From Lama glama (lineage: Eukaryota), in the NCBI GenBank assembly GCA_028534125.1, contig CM052842.1, positions 1,612,001 to 1,676,000 of the forward strand: a DNA stretch of 64,000 nt. Reading direction: 5' to 3'. Below the pieces are notes generated by a model, which searched no databases, was not told the DNA's origin, and was given only the letters and a program-made list of their open reading frames with translations. The first letter of the stretch is position 1. Each line of letters begins with the position of its first letter. The position numbers were made by a program, and so were the translations under genes. Positions 53,241-64,000 of the stretch are shown one piece after another.

Positions 53241-55159
53241 CCACCCCAGGGGTTTGGGGGGAGGTGGAACGAGATGGGCACGTGCCCCCAGCCACTGCCA
53301 GCACGTAGGGGGCTTGCCTGGCACTGCCCAGCTGCATCTGCCCACCGGCCTGGGCGGCCGTGTCTGCGCCAGCCTGACTCACCTGATCTCACCTGTGAGG
53401 CCTGGCTCTCCGCTCCCTTCCTGAGCTGGTGTGTCACCTGACCCAGGTGCGTGCTCAGCTGCCCTGTTACCATGGCTACCTGGCAGGTCGGGAAGGAAGA
53501 GGCTGGGGTGAGGAGGGGCCAGGAAGGGCCTCCAGGCTGAGCAGAGCCTGTCGGGTCCCAGCCACCCTCTCCACAGCTGGCGTCCTGCAGCTGGAATGCA
53601 GAGGAGAGGTGGTTATGGTGAATACTTAGCTCTCAATATGTGAACACATCAGTAGATGAAGTTTGGCTGTTCCGCGAACTGGAGGAGTCATCTCTGTGGG
53701 AGGACGGCTGCCGAGGTCCTGAGCTTGAGAAGAGACTGCACGATAGAGAAAAGCACAGTGGTGCTTTCTTTCCCTTCGTTCTTCGAAGTGGGGGGAACGC
53801 AGACGCACACGCGCACGCACACACCGAGGCTTATGGTGTCTTGCGCAGGGCTGCTATTCTGCAGTGCCAGTAGAGGAGAGAAAGAAGATTCCGTGAGCGC
53901 TTTTAATGAGTTCTAGTTTTAGAAGCAATCAGGAAAATAATTGCATGATTTAAACATTTAGTAACTGAAGGTGTTTTTATAGTCTCTCCGCTCTCTGGTG
54001 CCCACGCCTGGGCACACGGCTCCCAATGCCTGCCGCCCTCATGCACCACAGCTGGGGCTGCTCGACGCCCCTGGGAGCTCCATCCCAGGGCAGCTCTGGG
54101 GGGCTTCTGGGCTCTCAGCCCCTCCACCCTCCCAGTGACCAGCCTGGCCTGCAGCCTGCACCCTGGGACTAAGGCCTGGACTTCTGCCCGGAGCTTGGTC
54201 CCCACCCTGGCTCCTGGTGGGATCCAGGTCTCTGGTGCAGCCCCCCAGAAGAGCTGGGACCTAAGCCCCACCTGCCCTTGGCATCCTCCATCAGGAGCCG
54301 AGGCCGGCCTCGATGCCCAGCGTGGTGACCAGAAGGACACCTGGCCACGCTGTTGCCTGCACCCAGACACTCCTCCTCTGCCCACTGTCCCTGCTAATGA
54401 GGCTGCCCTCTGCGCCCCCTCCCCCGGCCCCTCCCGCCCCCGGCCCATCAAGTCTCCCCACAGCCCAGTCCCAGCATCCGTGAGGGATCTTGGAGGAGGA
54501 GGCACAAGCCCAGAAACTCGTTCACGGGCAGGTGGCCAGGGGCTGGGGGTGGGTACCGCACATTCCCCCACCCCACATCCAAGGCCACGCCTGCTCTCTC
54601 TACTAGGAAAGTCTGGGTGGGGCTCCCTGCCCCAGGCCAGAGGCTGTGAGCCCACAGGCTGATGATCTGGCTGGGAGCTGGAATCCTGGGGTCCCCATGG
54701 TCTGAGCAGCCCCTCCGAGCCAGTCTGGTCCGTTCCCTGAGATCACAGGCAGCTGCTGCCTGAGGGTCCAGGAGGGGTTTGCCGCCCCAGGCTTGCCACC
54801 TACTTCTTGTCTGCTCTGGGTGGAGGGCGCCCCCTGCTGACACCCTCGTGGTGGCCAGAGGTCAGGGTTAGGCCCCACAAAAGTCCGTGTGTCAGCCTGG
54901 CGCCCAGCAGCATCGTCCTCCTCCAGCCCTCACTCCGCCAGCCACCAGACCTGGCGGAGACCAGCTGGAGCATGTGGGGCCCTGGGACACCCTCACGGCC
55001 CTTGTTCTCCCAACACAGCTCCCTTGCTTTTGGGGCAGAGAGAGTCTTTATTCCAAGGGCTTGTTTCAGGAGGTGGGGGGCTCTTGAGTAAGGAGACCAC
55101 TGTGACGTAAGCTGTCCTAGCAGCTTGAGAATCGGGGACATGGGTTCTCTTCTGCAGAG

Positions 55160-55659
55160 NNNNNNNNNNNNNNNNNNNNNNNNNNNNNNNNNNNNNNNNN
55201 NNNNNNNNNNNNNNNNNNNNNNNNNNNNNNNNNNNNNNNNNNNNNNNNNNNNNNNNNNNNNNNNNNNNNNNNNNNNNNNNNNNNNNNNNNNNNNNNNNNN
55301 NNNNNNNNNNNNNNNNNNNNNNNNNNNNNNNNNNNNNNNNNNNNNNNNNNNNNNNNNNNNNNNNNNNNNNNNNNNNNNNNNNNNNNNNNNNNNNNNNNNN
55401 NNNNNNNNNNNNNNNNNNNNNNNNNNNNNNNNNNNNNNNNNNNNNNNNNNNNNNNNNNNNNNNNNNNNNNNNNNNNNNNNNNNNNNNNNNNNNNNNNNNN
55501 NNNNNNNNNNNNNNNNNNNNNNNNNNNNNNNNNNNNNNNNNNNNNNNNNNNNNNNNNNNNNNNNNNNNNNNNNNNNNNNNNNNNNNNNNNNNNNNNNNNN
55601 NNNNNNNNNNNNNNNNNNNNNNNNNNNNNNNNNNNNNNNNNNNNNNNNNNNNNNNNNNN
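55160..55659. other. Assembly gap (exactly 500 N)
   Basis: Run of N. The round length suggests a scaffolding placeholder of unknown true size. Confidence 0.99.
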
Positions 55660-57077
55660 TACCAGTGGCCTCACCCAGGGAAGGCTTGTGGGGACAGGAA
55701 TCCCAGAAATGGGCCTCAGGCTGAGGCCACCCAGCACCCACTCAAGGCCCCACCCCCATCACCACCTTCCCGGCCGTGGGCCCTGTTCCCGCAGGAAGCC
55801 GCCTGCCTGGGCCGTGAGTGAGCCCAGTAATTGAATTGAAATTGATAGTACATGTCGGTTTAAGATCACGCTAATTGCTTCATTTCCCAGAACACTCCTA
55901 AAAAGAAAATGAATCTCCCTGTAACATTTTGCAGTGGGGTGAAGTGACCCTTGTGGAAATCAGTCCAGGCTCCCGATGGGCTGCAGGGTGGAGGGCGCTG
56001 GGGCAGGGTGCACCCCACCCGCCGTCTCACAGGCGTGAGGGAGCCTCCCTCCTGGCTCGACCCAGGCCACGTGCAGGGCGCTGAGGGAGGCGGTGTGGAT
56101 CTGCTCAGTGGTGGGTGGGGGAACCTGCTCCAAGGTTCTTTGCCCAGGGCCACCTGGCTGGCTGTCGGAGCCGTCCCCGCAGGGTGGCAGTCAGGAAGGG
56201 AGGGGGCTTTAGGCAGTGGGCCCTGGTGCCAGCCCCAGCCCTGCCTCTCTGAGAGGTCGCAGAGGTAACACATCTTCTGGAGCCCCACAGCCCCCGCTGC
56301 CAGGTGGGTGCTCTGGCTGCCCCTCGGGTGCTACCAGGTGTGAAGGCAGCCACGTGTGATGTGCCCACAGCCCAGACCCAGGCGTGTGATCTGTGAGTGG
56401 GGTGGCCATGTCCCTCATGAGCATCACTGCTATTTTGCTGGGCAAGTGGAGTGAAGATGGGGGTGGGCAGTTTGGAGGAGGCAAGACGCCAGTGTGGTGT
56501 GCGAGTGGGGGGTCCCCAGGGCCTCTGGATCCAGCTTCTGCTCCTTAGCATGTTCACTAGCTTCACAGTTACTCAGTGTTCAGACAGCAGTGGGGCTGCC
56601 ATCCATCCACCCCTCACCAGTCACCCACCCCAGTGTGCTGGCCCCTGCTCAGTGCTCGGTGTTCAGAGAGGAAAAGGTCAAGGAGTCCCAGGAGGGAAGG
56701 GGAGTGAGGTATCTCCAGGCCCGATGGGCCTGTAGGGGTGCAGACTGAGGGCTCTGCTCCGGACAGCCTCTCCCCTCCTCCAGTCAGGCCTGCAGGACAG
56801 TGTTGGGGACACAGCGCTGCACTGGTCTGCAGCCTTCTTGGGGGCCGGCTCTGGGTCCTCTGTAGCCAGGGAGGGAGCTCATGACCCCAGGATGCTCAGC
56901 GTGGGGTTTGGTCTTGGAGTCAGAAGACAGTATTTCAGACCCTAGCCTTACCTCTGACTTGTGGGGTGACCCTGGCTCGTTTCTGGTCCTTGGTTCTCAG
57001 CACTCTTGCTGGCCGTGCCCTTGACCTCTGTACCTGCCGACCCCAGGTGTCTAATGTCTGCTATCTTGTTTCCACAG

Positions 57078-57150
57078 AGCGACCTGCTGGATGTGAACCA
57101 GATCATCAAGGACTTGGCCTCCATGGTGTCAGAGCAAGGAGACGCCATTG
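57078..57150 (+). CDS. TSNARE1: TSNARE1 coding exon 10, Qa-SNARE N-half including 0-layer Q (SDLLDVNQIIKDLASMVSEQGDAI)
   Basis: Acceptor ttccacag|AGC and donor ATTG|gtgggt. 73 nt, phase 0-1. DVNQIxKDLAxMxxxQG syntaxin SNARE motif. Confidence 0.94.
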
Positions 57151-58406
57151 GTGGGTACCCACGCCATCTGTCAGGCCACCTGCCCCTCCCCCCGGTGTGG
57201 GGCTGGGGCGGCTTCTGGGGTCTGAGTGTCTCCCCAGCCCCTCAGGAAGGCCGGGCAAGGGAGACCCAGGCCAGAGGTTGGCCCGCCCCTTCTCCTCACT
57301 GAGGAGCGCTGGCCTGTGTGCCCCCTGCCCTGGGCCTTCCTCCTCAGCCAGGGGCTCCCCAGGGTGAGGACCAGCTGTCTGGGGGGCGTCAGACTGCAGT
57401 GGGTGCCCCAGCGGAGGGCGCTGGACGTGGCACCACCGTGGAGTGCCGATCCTGCTGCTGATTCACCACGTCAGCCACTTCTCAGGAAACGTGGGTGGTG
57501 GGGACAGGGCTGTGCAGGACGAGCCGTTGTCCCTGCTGTTCCTTCCACGTGAGAGCCTCCGCCCCACCAGCCCGGTGCCCACACCCTGCGGCCATATGGC
57601 TTCTCCTGAGTGCCCTGGGCGCCCGAGCAGGAACTCACCACCCTCTGGCCTAGAAGAGTGGCTCCTGGTCCCCAGAGCCACTTGCCAACAGTCAGCTCCC
57701 GGCCAGGACCCCAGGGCTCACCCACCCAGCCTCTCTACCTGTTCCCCGGCTGAGCTGTTGCCTCACCAGGGGCCCCGCGGCTGTGAATAAGCCTCTCGCC
57801 TCTCAGCCTGGGTGCCGTGGAGCTTCTGAGGTCCAGGCATGTGCTGTTCCCTGGCGGGCAGCCCAGCCGCCCCCCTGCCCTAGGAGGGCGACTGGACAGG
57901 GTTGGGCCGTGACGCTGGCAGGCTTGTCCTCGCTCCCACGGGATCCCGCTCCTCAGCCTGGGCAGCTCCAGTGGGGCCGCCCTGTCACCCCTTCACAGCA
58001 CCTCTTGCAGGACCCCCCCCTCCACCTCTGGCTGGCTGTCTTGGGGCGGTGTGTGCAAAATGCTTTGTACACTCCAGATGGATGCCCCGGTGTCTACAGA
58101 TGGTCACTCAGTCCTGCTCCTGGACGATCAGGAAGGGATCGTCTCCCGGTGGGGAGGTGGAGAGGGCTGACCTGCTGCAACCGTGTAGGGGCCCGGCGGA
58201 GGGGTGGGCACCTGGGGACCAGAGTAGCCAGGAGCCAGGACCCCACTGCCCCCTGATGTGGGTGTTTCTAGGGTGATGGACGTTGGGCTGGGGCCACTGT
58301 ACCCTCTCCAGGGGGCAGTGGGGGCCTGGGACCAGGATTCTGGGGGTTCCCTGCTCTCCATGGCCCGTCCCATCTGCTGCCCACTCAGCCTCTGGTGCCT
58401 TTCCAG

Positions 58407-58865
58407 GGTCCAGAAGCAGCCAAGCCACATGCCAGCGGAGCTCCAGCCCCGAGCCGGCCATGGCGGCCCTGCTGTCCGGGCCGGGCTGCGTGCCCCTGCG
58501 GCCGAGCTCCCACTCCCGCACCAAGACCCGGAAGCCCAACTTCAGCCCCCAGGAGACAGAGGTGCTGGTGCAGAGGGTCACGCGCCACTACCCGCTGCTG
58601 TTCGGGGCGCTGCGGGGCCCGCCCGCCCGGAAGCATCGCGTGTGGAGCCGCATCCTGCAGGCGGTGAACGCACTGGGCTACTGCCGCCGGGACCTGGGCG
58701 ACGTCAAGCACAAGTGGCGGGACCTGCGCGGCGTGGTGCGCCGGAAGCTGGCCGAGCGGCCCCGGGCCCCTGGCCCCGTGCTCACGCCCGTCGAGCGCAT
58801 GGTGGCCGAGACCTTCGCAGTCCCGGGCCCCCCGGGCGAGGGCCAGGCCGCAGAGCCGCTGCCAA
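58407..58865 (+). CDS. Second, paralogous Myb/SANT-like exon inside the SNARE-splitting intron (putative alternative TSNARE1 exon or nested Myb gene exon); 459 nt, phase 1-1
   Basis: Acceptor gcctttccag|GG and consensus donor CCAA|gtaagt. Open frame (ORF 58283..58909) encoding [18 protein letters not shown]...[37 protein letters not shown]. 57/76 aa identical to the exon-3 core by manual alignment. Confidence 0.85.
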
Positions 58866-61800
58866 GTAAGTGGTCCCTTCACCGCCTGCAAGGGGCTTCC
58901 AGCGCATGACCGCCGAGAGCAAGATTAGGGGAGAGCGGAGGCCCCTTGGCATCTAGATGGGGGCATGGAGGCTCAAAACCAGGGAGTGCAGGAGCTGAGG
59001 CTGAGTCAGGTCGGCCCTGGCCCGGGCTTGGGGGCATCTGGGGTTGTCCCATGTGACAGTGCGGCCACCAGCCTCCAGAAACCCACAGGAGCTGAGGTGC
59101 AGGTGAATCGCTGGACTGCTCGTGGAAAGCCGTCACCAGCCCAGCTCAGCTCAGCTCCCTGCCCGCTGTGTGCCCTATCTTGGGTGTAGGGGAGGGAGTA
59201 GGGGTGACCGCACCCTCCCTCTGACCCCCTCATTGTGGGGGCCCCTCTCCCCGGGTCGCAGCCCCCAGACCAGGCCAGGCCAGAGCGCTATCTGGAGGCT
59301 CTTAGCTTCCTAGGGCAGGCTGATCCCCTCGGAGCCCGTGGGCCCACCTCCAGGGCCCACCTTTTCAGAAGGGTCTGTACCTGGTGAAGAAGACGCGGGT
59401 GGCACAGTGCCTCTGACTCCGGGGCAGGGCTGGCTCACTCCTGCCGCCTGCAGCGCCTCCTCCTGCCCGCTCCGCCTGCTCCTCGTCCTCCTCCTCAAGA
59501 CACCTCTGAACCTCGTCAGGAGCGCCCTTCACCTGCTGTCTGCATGCAGCGGCTCCGCCCACAGCTCAGAGCTGAGTCCTGCTGGACCCTTCCCCACCCC
59601 TTCCTGGGGAGCTGCTGGGAAGACTGAGGATGAAGCCAGAAGCAGGACCACCTCCCTCTTGAGGGCTGCAGAGTGGACAGCAGGACTCAGCCTCGTGGGG
59701 ACAAGCAGAGGCCCCAGATGCCACCAACAGAGGCCCCAGCAGACCTTCTAGTGGGGGGTCTGTGCAGAGCAAGCCTGGGCCAGTCAGAGATGCAGGCAGA
59801 CCCCGACGTGGCCGTGCCCTGGGCTGGGCTTGGTCGTGGGCCTGAATGATGGGGTGGGGTGGGGCCCACCTGTTAGTCCTGGGGAGGCCACCCGCTCTCC
59901 TACAGGCATAGCCAGACCTGGTTTTGGGGTGCTGAAGGGCGGGCAGCGGGCAGCATGGGTGTGGCCCTGGGTGCTCCGACCTTCCCATGAGCCCCCAGCC
60001 CTGGAGTGAGGTGGGAGCTTGCGACTGCGCTTGTCCCCTGGGTGTGGTGCTTGGCTCAGAAGGCTTCCTGTCCACCCTGGTGGGCCAGTGCCCCCTCCGC
60101 CAGACCCCATGGCTCCCCTCCCGGGCTCTCCTCCATCAGGGCAGCCAACCGGCTGGTCCCTTAGTGCTGTGAGCTCTGCGGGGAGTGGCCGACACCATGC
60201 CGACGGGTCCTGAGATTTGTTAAATGTGTGAGAGCAACGTGGGGTGAGGCTGAGGCCAAGCAGGGAAGTGGCTGCAGCGCCTGGTTTTGGGGGTGATGGT
60301 GGAGACCACAGCTGGAGGCCCAGCCCCGCCAGCGCTGCCCTCTGGGTCGGCACTGGCCTGGGGCTGAGGCACGATCCCGGCGTACGGGCATCTCCCGGCT
60401 GTAGGGCTGAGGAAAGCCCGCTGGCCGCGTGTAGGGCCCCCCAGGGGTGCCTGTGCCTGGGTTCCCCCCACTTGGACTGGGCTTTGCAGGGCTGTCCCCG
60501 GTCAACCTGGAATCTTTATGACGAGGTGAAGGGGGTGGCCCGCGGCCAATGAGGCGTCAGCACCATAGGCCGTGTGGTGGGGTGCCCCCGCTTGCCTGGC
60601 AGCCCCCAGGGCCCAGGAGAGGGTCGCTGGCCACGAGCCAGGGGTCTGCTTGTACGGTGTCCCAGGGTGGAGCCGTGTGTGATCTGGGGGCTGAGCAGAT
60701 CTGCGATCCAGCCCGGGGGCCACAGGACGTTTGTTCTCTGGGCTGTGTGCACCTTGGCCGCCGGGGGCGCTTGCCTCTGGGATGTACGCTACCATCAGAG
60801 TCAGGCTCCCTGCCGCGGGGCGCCGACTCGGTGCAGACCAGGGCTGGGCAGTCTGAGGGCAGGTCCCCGCGCAGCCCAGAGCGTGTGTGGTTGCAGGTCA
60901 GAGCGAAAAGCCAGCTAGGAGTGTGACCCCAGCTCACGGCTGGCCCAGACACTGCTGCCCGCCAGGCACAGCCACCTCTCTCTGTGTCGGGGCTCCGCCA
61001 GGTTGTTGCCGACAGAGTCTGGAGCACAAGGTAGCTCCTAGTCACGTTGTTGGTGGTGGCAGGGGCGGGGGCCTGGGTGGGTGCCCTCCCCCGACCCCCC
61101 GCAGGGCTGGTCCTGCCTCGGGGCAGCTGCGTTCCTTCTTCCTCATCTAGGCTGGCTGGAGAGGCACCACGGGAGGCCTGCGCCCCTGGCAGGCGGCAAA
61201 GGCACCCTGCAGGCCCCAGCTCCAGGAGGGCCCGCCCACACCCTCTCCTGGTGGGGAGCACACCCACGGGGCCTCAGGACGCCGAGCCGGGGCGGTTCCC
61301 GCCTTTGAGGGGACCTTGCCGGCCTCAGGCCTCGGGCGGCGCCCAGGTGCACAGCTGCAGGAAGAGGAGTGATTTGAATCCAGCCATTTCTGCCTCCAGA
61401 GCTCTGAAAATGTGTGAATTTGGAGGCGTGTCTGCTCTTCCTGGAAGAGTTCATTTCACGTGTTACTGCGTCTGGTGCAGCGGCAGCAGCTGGTCTGTGC
61501 TGAGGGCAGCGCCCCTGGCTGCGGGCTCTCAGCTGCTCATCTGCGGGCACGGGGCTCTTTCCCATTCATTGGTAGAAGACACTGCGCAGGGGGGTCCTCA
61601 CCTGGATTCAAACCCGGTTCCTTGCAGGGTCGAGTGCCGCAGCCCTAACTCCCCACTGCCCTGCATGCCCCTCGGCGGTGGGGTGGGGACGGGTCTGGTG
61701 CATGGTTTACATGATGCTGCCTTTTAACCGCTGGCATCGCTGAGCGAAATCTTCAGGTTTCCGCGGGCAGCCCCTGGACCTCGTCAGCAGCTCAGGTGTG

Positions 61801-62291
61801 CTGCTGGTGTGACATCTTGGGGGCTGTGTTGACACACCTACCAGGCGAATTCCCTGGTCCCCCACTCAGCCCCGCACGGTAGTCAGAACCGGCTGATCAG
61901 GGCCCGGACACCCATGGCCAGCGCGCAGAGGAGGGTGTTCGCAGACCCCGTCACGCTGTCTTCACAGCCGCTCTGTGAGCCTGTGCAGTCGCCCCCAGGG
62001 TGCAGAGTTGTAGCAGAGCCAGGCCCGCACCCTGTCTTGAGTGGGCTGCTGCTGCCCCAAGGGGGTGCTTCCAGGCTCCCTGCCCTACAGCTCGGCCCGG
62101 CCGGTGCTCTATCCTTGCCGCCTCTGCTTCTCTGAAGGCTGGGCTTCCTGCCTGGGCCTCCGAGTGACCACCAGGGGGTCAGGTGCTGTCTGCTTCCGCC
62201 CCCCGCGACCCCAGGCTGGGCTCCCCAGGCTCGCCCTCGGGTGACCCCAGGGTCCCCACTCTGTAACTGCTTCTGTTGTCTTGATTTGCAG

Positions 62292-62374
62292 ATAGTATTG
62301 AAGCCGGCCTTGAGGCTGTGTCCTCACACACAGAGGCGGCCAGCGAGCTCCTGGCCGGAGCCAGCCGGCACCAA
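62292..62374 (+). CDS. TSNARE1: TSNARE1 coding exon 11, Qa-SNARE C-half (DSIEAGLEAVSSHTEAASELLAGASRHQ)
   Basis: Acceptor gatttgcag|AT and donor CAA|gtaagt. 83 nt, phase 1-0. Completes the (I)DSIE...A..YQ/HQ syntaxin motif. No transmembrane exon is seen before the window ends. Confidence 0.94.
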
Positions 62375-64000
62375 GTAAGTCAGTGTGAGGGGACAGCCCG
62401 TGGCCCGGGAGGGGCAGGTCTGCAGGGTCTTCTCTGAGCTCAGGCGGACTGCTATGGGGAGCGGACAGGAAGGGGCTGCGGGCCCAGGGCGGTCAGCACC
62501 GCCTCCCGTCTGGTTTGCACCCCCACCGAGGGGGCGGCCTGGGGTCTCTGCCTGCTGGCTCTGCCAAGCGAGAGGACAGGGGTGCGTGGCCAGCTGTGGG
62601 AGTGGCCGGGGCTCCCAGGATTGTGCCGCATCCCCGAGCTGCCCCTGCAGGACGTTCCATGGCTTCTCTCGTTTTTCTCAGAAGGCTGGGTGGGTCTACC
62701 CTCGTCTGCTGCCTTCCTGGAGGAGAGGGCCGCAGAGAGGGCCGCCTGGCCTCCTGCGCCTCCACCTGCCACTGGGCCAGGTGTGGCTCCATGTCTGCCC
62801 GTGGTCTGGCCCTGGGCTGGAGCTGGGGGGGCCTCCCCCCCAGGTTGGAGCAGGCAGAACTTGACTTGGGACAAGTTGGCTCAGTGAGGACAAGATCAGA
62901 CCTTTGTTTGTTTGATACGAGGCCAAGGGCAGCCTCGGGGATCGATGACGGGCCTCTTGACCCACGTTCAGTACCGGAACCCCTGGTGGGCTCAGGCCTA
63001 CGTCCATCGAGGGGTCAGCAACCGCCCTCTGCTGGCTCCCTACTGCTCACTGGCCCTCTGCTCTGTGCTGCGCCCTGACATGCAGAGATGGACCCCGCAG
63101 AGCCTGTTCCTCTGGGAGCGTGCGTCCTAGGGGTGGGGTGGGTGGACAGTCCAGTCCAGTGACACGAGGGCCCTGGCCCGGCTGAGGCAGGGCAGGCTTC
63201 CTGGGGGAGCGCCAAGCAGGAGTTGTGCTGGTGGAGAGGACAGAGGCCAAAGGAGGGGCAGCCCAGGTGAGCTCGGGACACCGCAGGCTGGAGTGCAGAG
63301 TGTGGGGGCTGTGCCGTTGGGAGTGGCGTGGAGACTGGGGAGAGATGTGGACCAGGTCCTCGTTCCGTGGGGGCTTCAGGACATCAGAGCTGTGCTGGCA
63401 AAGGGGACTGTAGTTGCCCTGGGGGGAGGAGAGGCCTCAGGGCGGTGGTCTGGACCGTGCAGGGTCTGTAGGTGGGGCAAACAGTGGGAAAGGGCAGGAC
63501 CCCTCCTGGCACCGCGTCTGCTCCCTTCCCACACCTCCCCTCCCTCAGGGAGCCAGGTGGGCAGTGCGCACGCGGGACCGGCAGCCGCAAGACTCTGCGA
63601 GATCGTCTGAGGTTGGAGGCTGGGCCCACTGTTGGCCTCCCCTTTTGTCTGTCGGTGGCCATCAGACTTCTGAGGCAGGGGCTGGCCTCACTGGCAGCTG
63701 GTGAACGCCACACCAGTGGGGAAGCGGGACCTGCCTGCAGGATCGGGCAGAAGCAGGGCTGGAGGATGTCTGTTCATGCCCGCTGCAGGCTCTCTGCCCT
63801 AGCCACAGCCCCCACCTGCCAGCATGTGAGGGCGTCAGGCGTGGTCCCTCTAGGGCCGCCCAGCGTGAAGGTACAGGTTGCAACTGACGAACGAGGTAGA
63901 CTCATGGGAAGCCCAGGGCCTGGCCTCTCTAATGGGAACTCTCCGAACGGTGGTGCCTGCCAAGGGCCCTCACCTCCAGAAAGCTTCATCTCACCTCGAG

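Noticed and set aside
54800-55741. ORFs with poly-X stretches
   Set aside because: Artefacts of translating the N gap.
58460-58909. Single-exon 149-aa Myb gene reading through the donor to TGA at 58907-58909
   Set aside because: A consensus GTAAGT donor sits at the position equivalent to the first copy's donor, and I saw no AATAAA shortly downstream. Splicing is more likely.
58283-58909. Autonomous Harbinger transposon or assembly duplication as the explanation for the second Myb copy
   Set aside because: No transposase ORF or terminal inverted repeats are visible. About 25% aa divergence with silent-site bias excludes a haplotype or assembly duplicate.
62912-63130. ORF with somewhat protein-like composition as a possible terminal exon
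   Set aside because: No convincing acceptor in a compatible phase, and no transmembrane or syntaxin similarity.

Overview
This is GC-rich mammalian genomic DNA, most likely camelid judging by two tRNA-derived SINEs. It carries most of the + strand gene TSNARE1, a fusion of a Harbinger-transposon-derived Myb/SANT domain with a syntaxin-12/7-like Habc and Qa-SNARE module. I traced 11 coding exons by hand from the ATG at 14545 to 62374. All have GT-AG boundaries and consistent phases, totalling 1386 nt (462 codons) with no stop. The promoter, first non-coding exon and terminal transmembrane exon are not identified in the window. The main observation is a second, intact paralogous Myb/SANT exon (58407-58865, phase 1-1, about 75% aa identity to the first over the domain core). 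It lies in the intron that splits the Qa-SNARE helix just after the 0/+1 layers and shares a 16-nt splice-acceptor sequence with the first copy. This suggests a splice switch between a SNARE and a SNARE-broken, double-Myb protein, or a nested Myb-only transcript. Introns contain old L1, MIR, L2 and MLT1 fragments that look GC-shifted, a (GT)20 microsatellite and a 500-N assembly gap. Nearly all ORFs in the supplied track are chance ORFs of GC-rich intronic DNA. Repeat boundaries are approximate and family calls rest on recalled consensus motifs, not a search.
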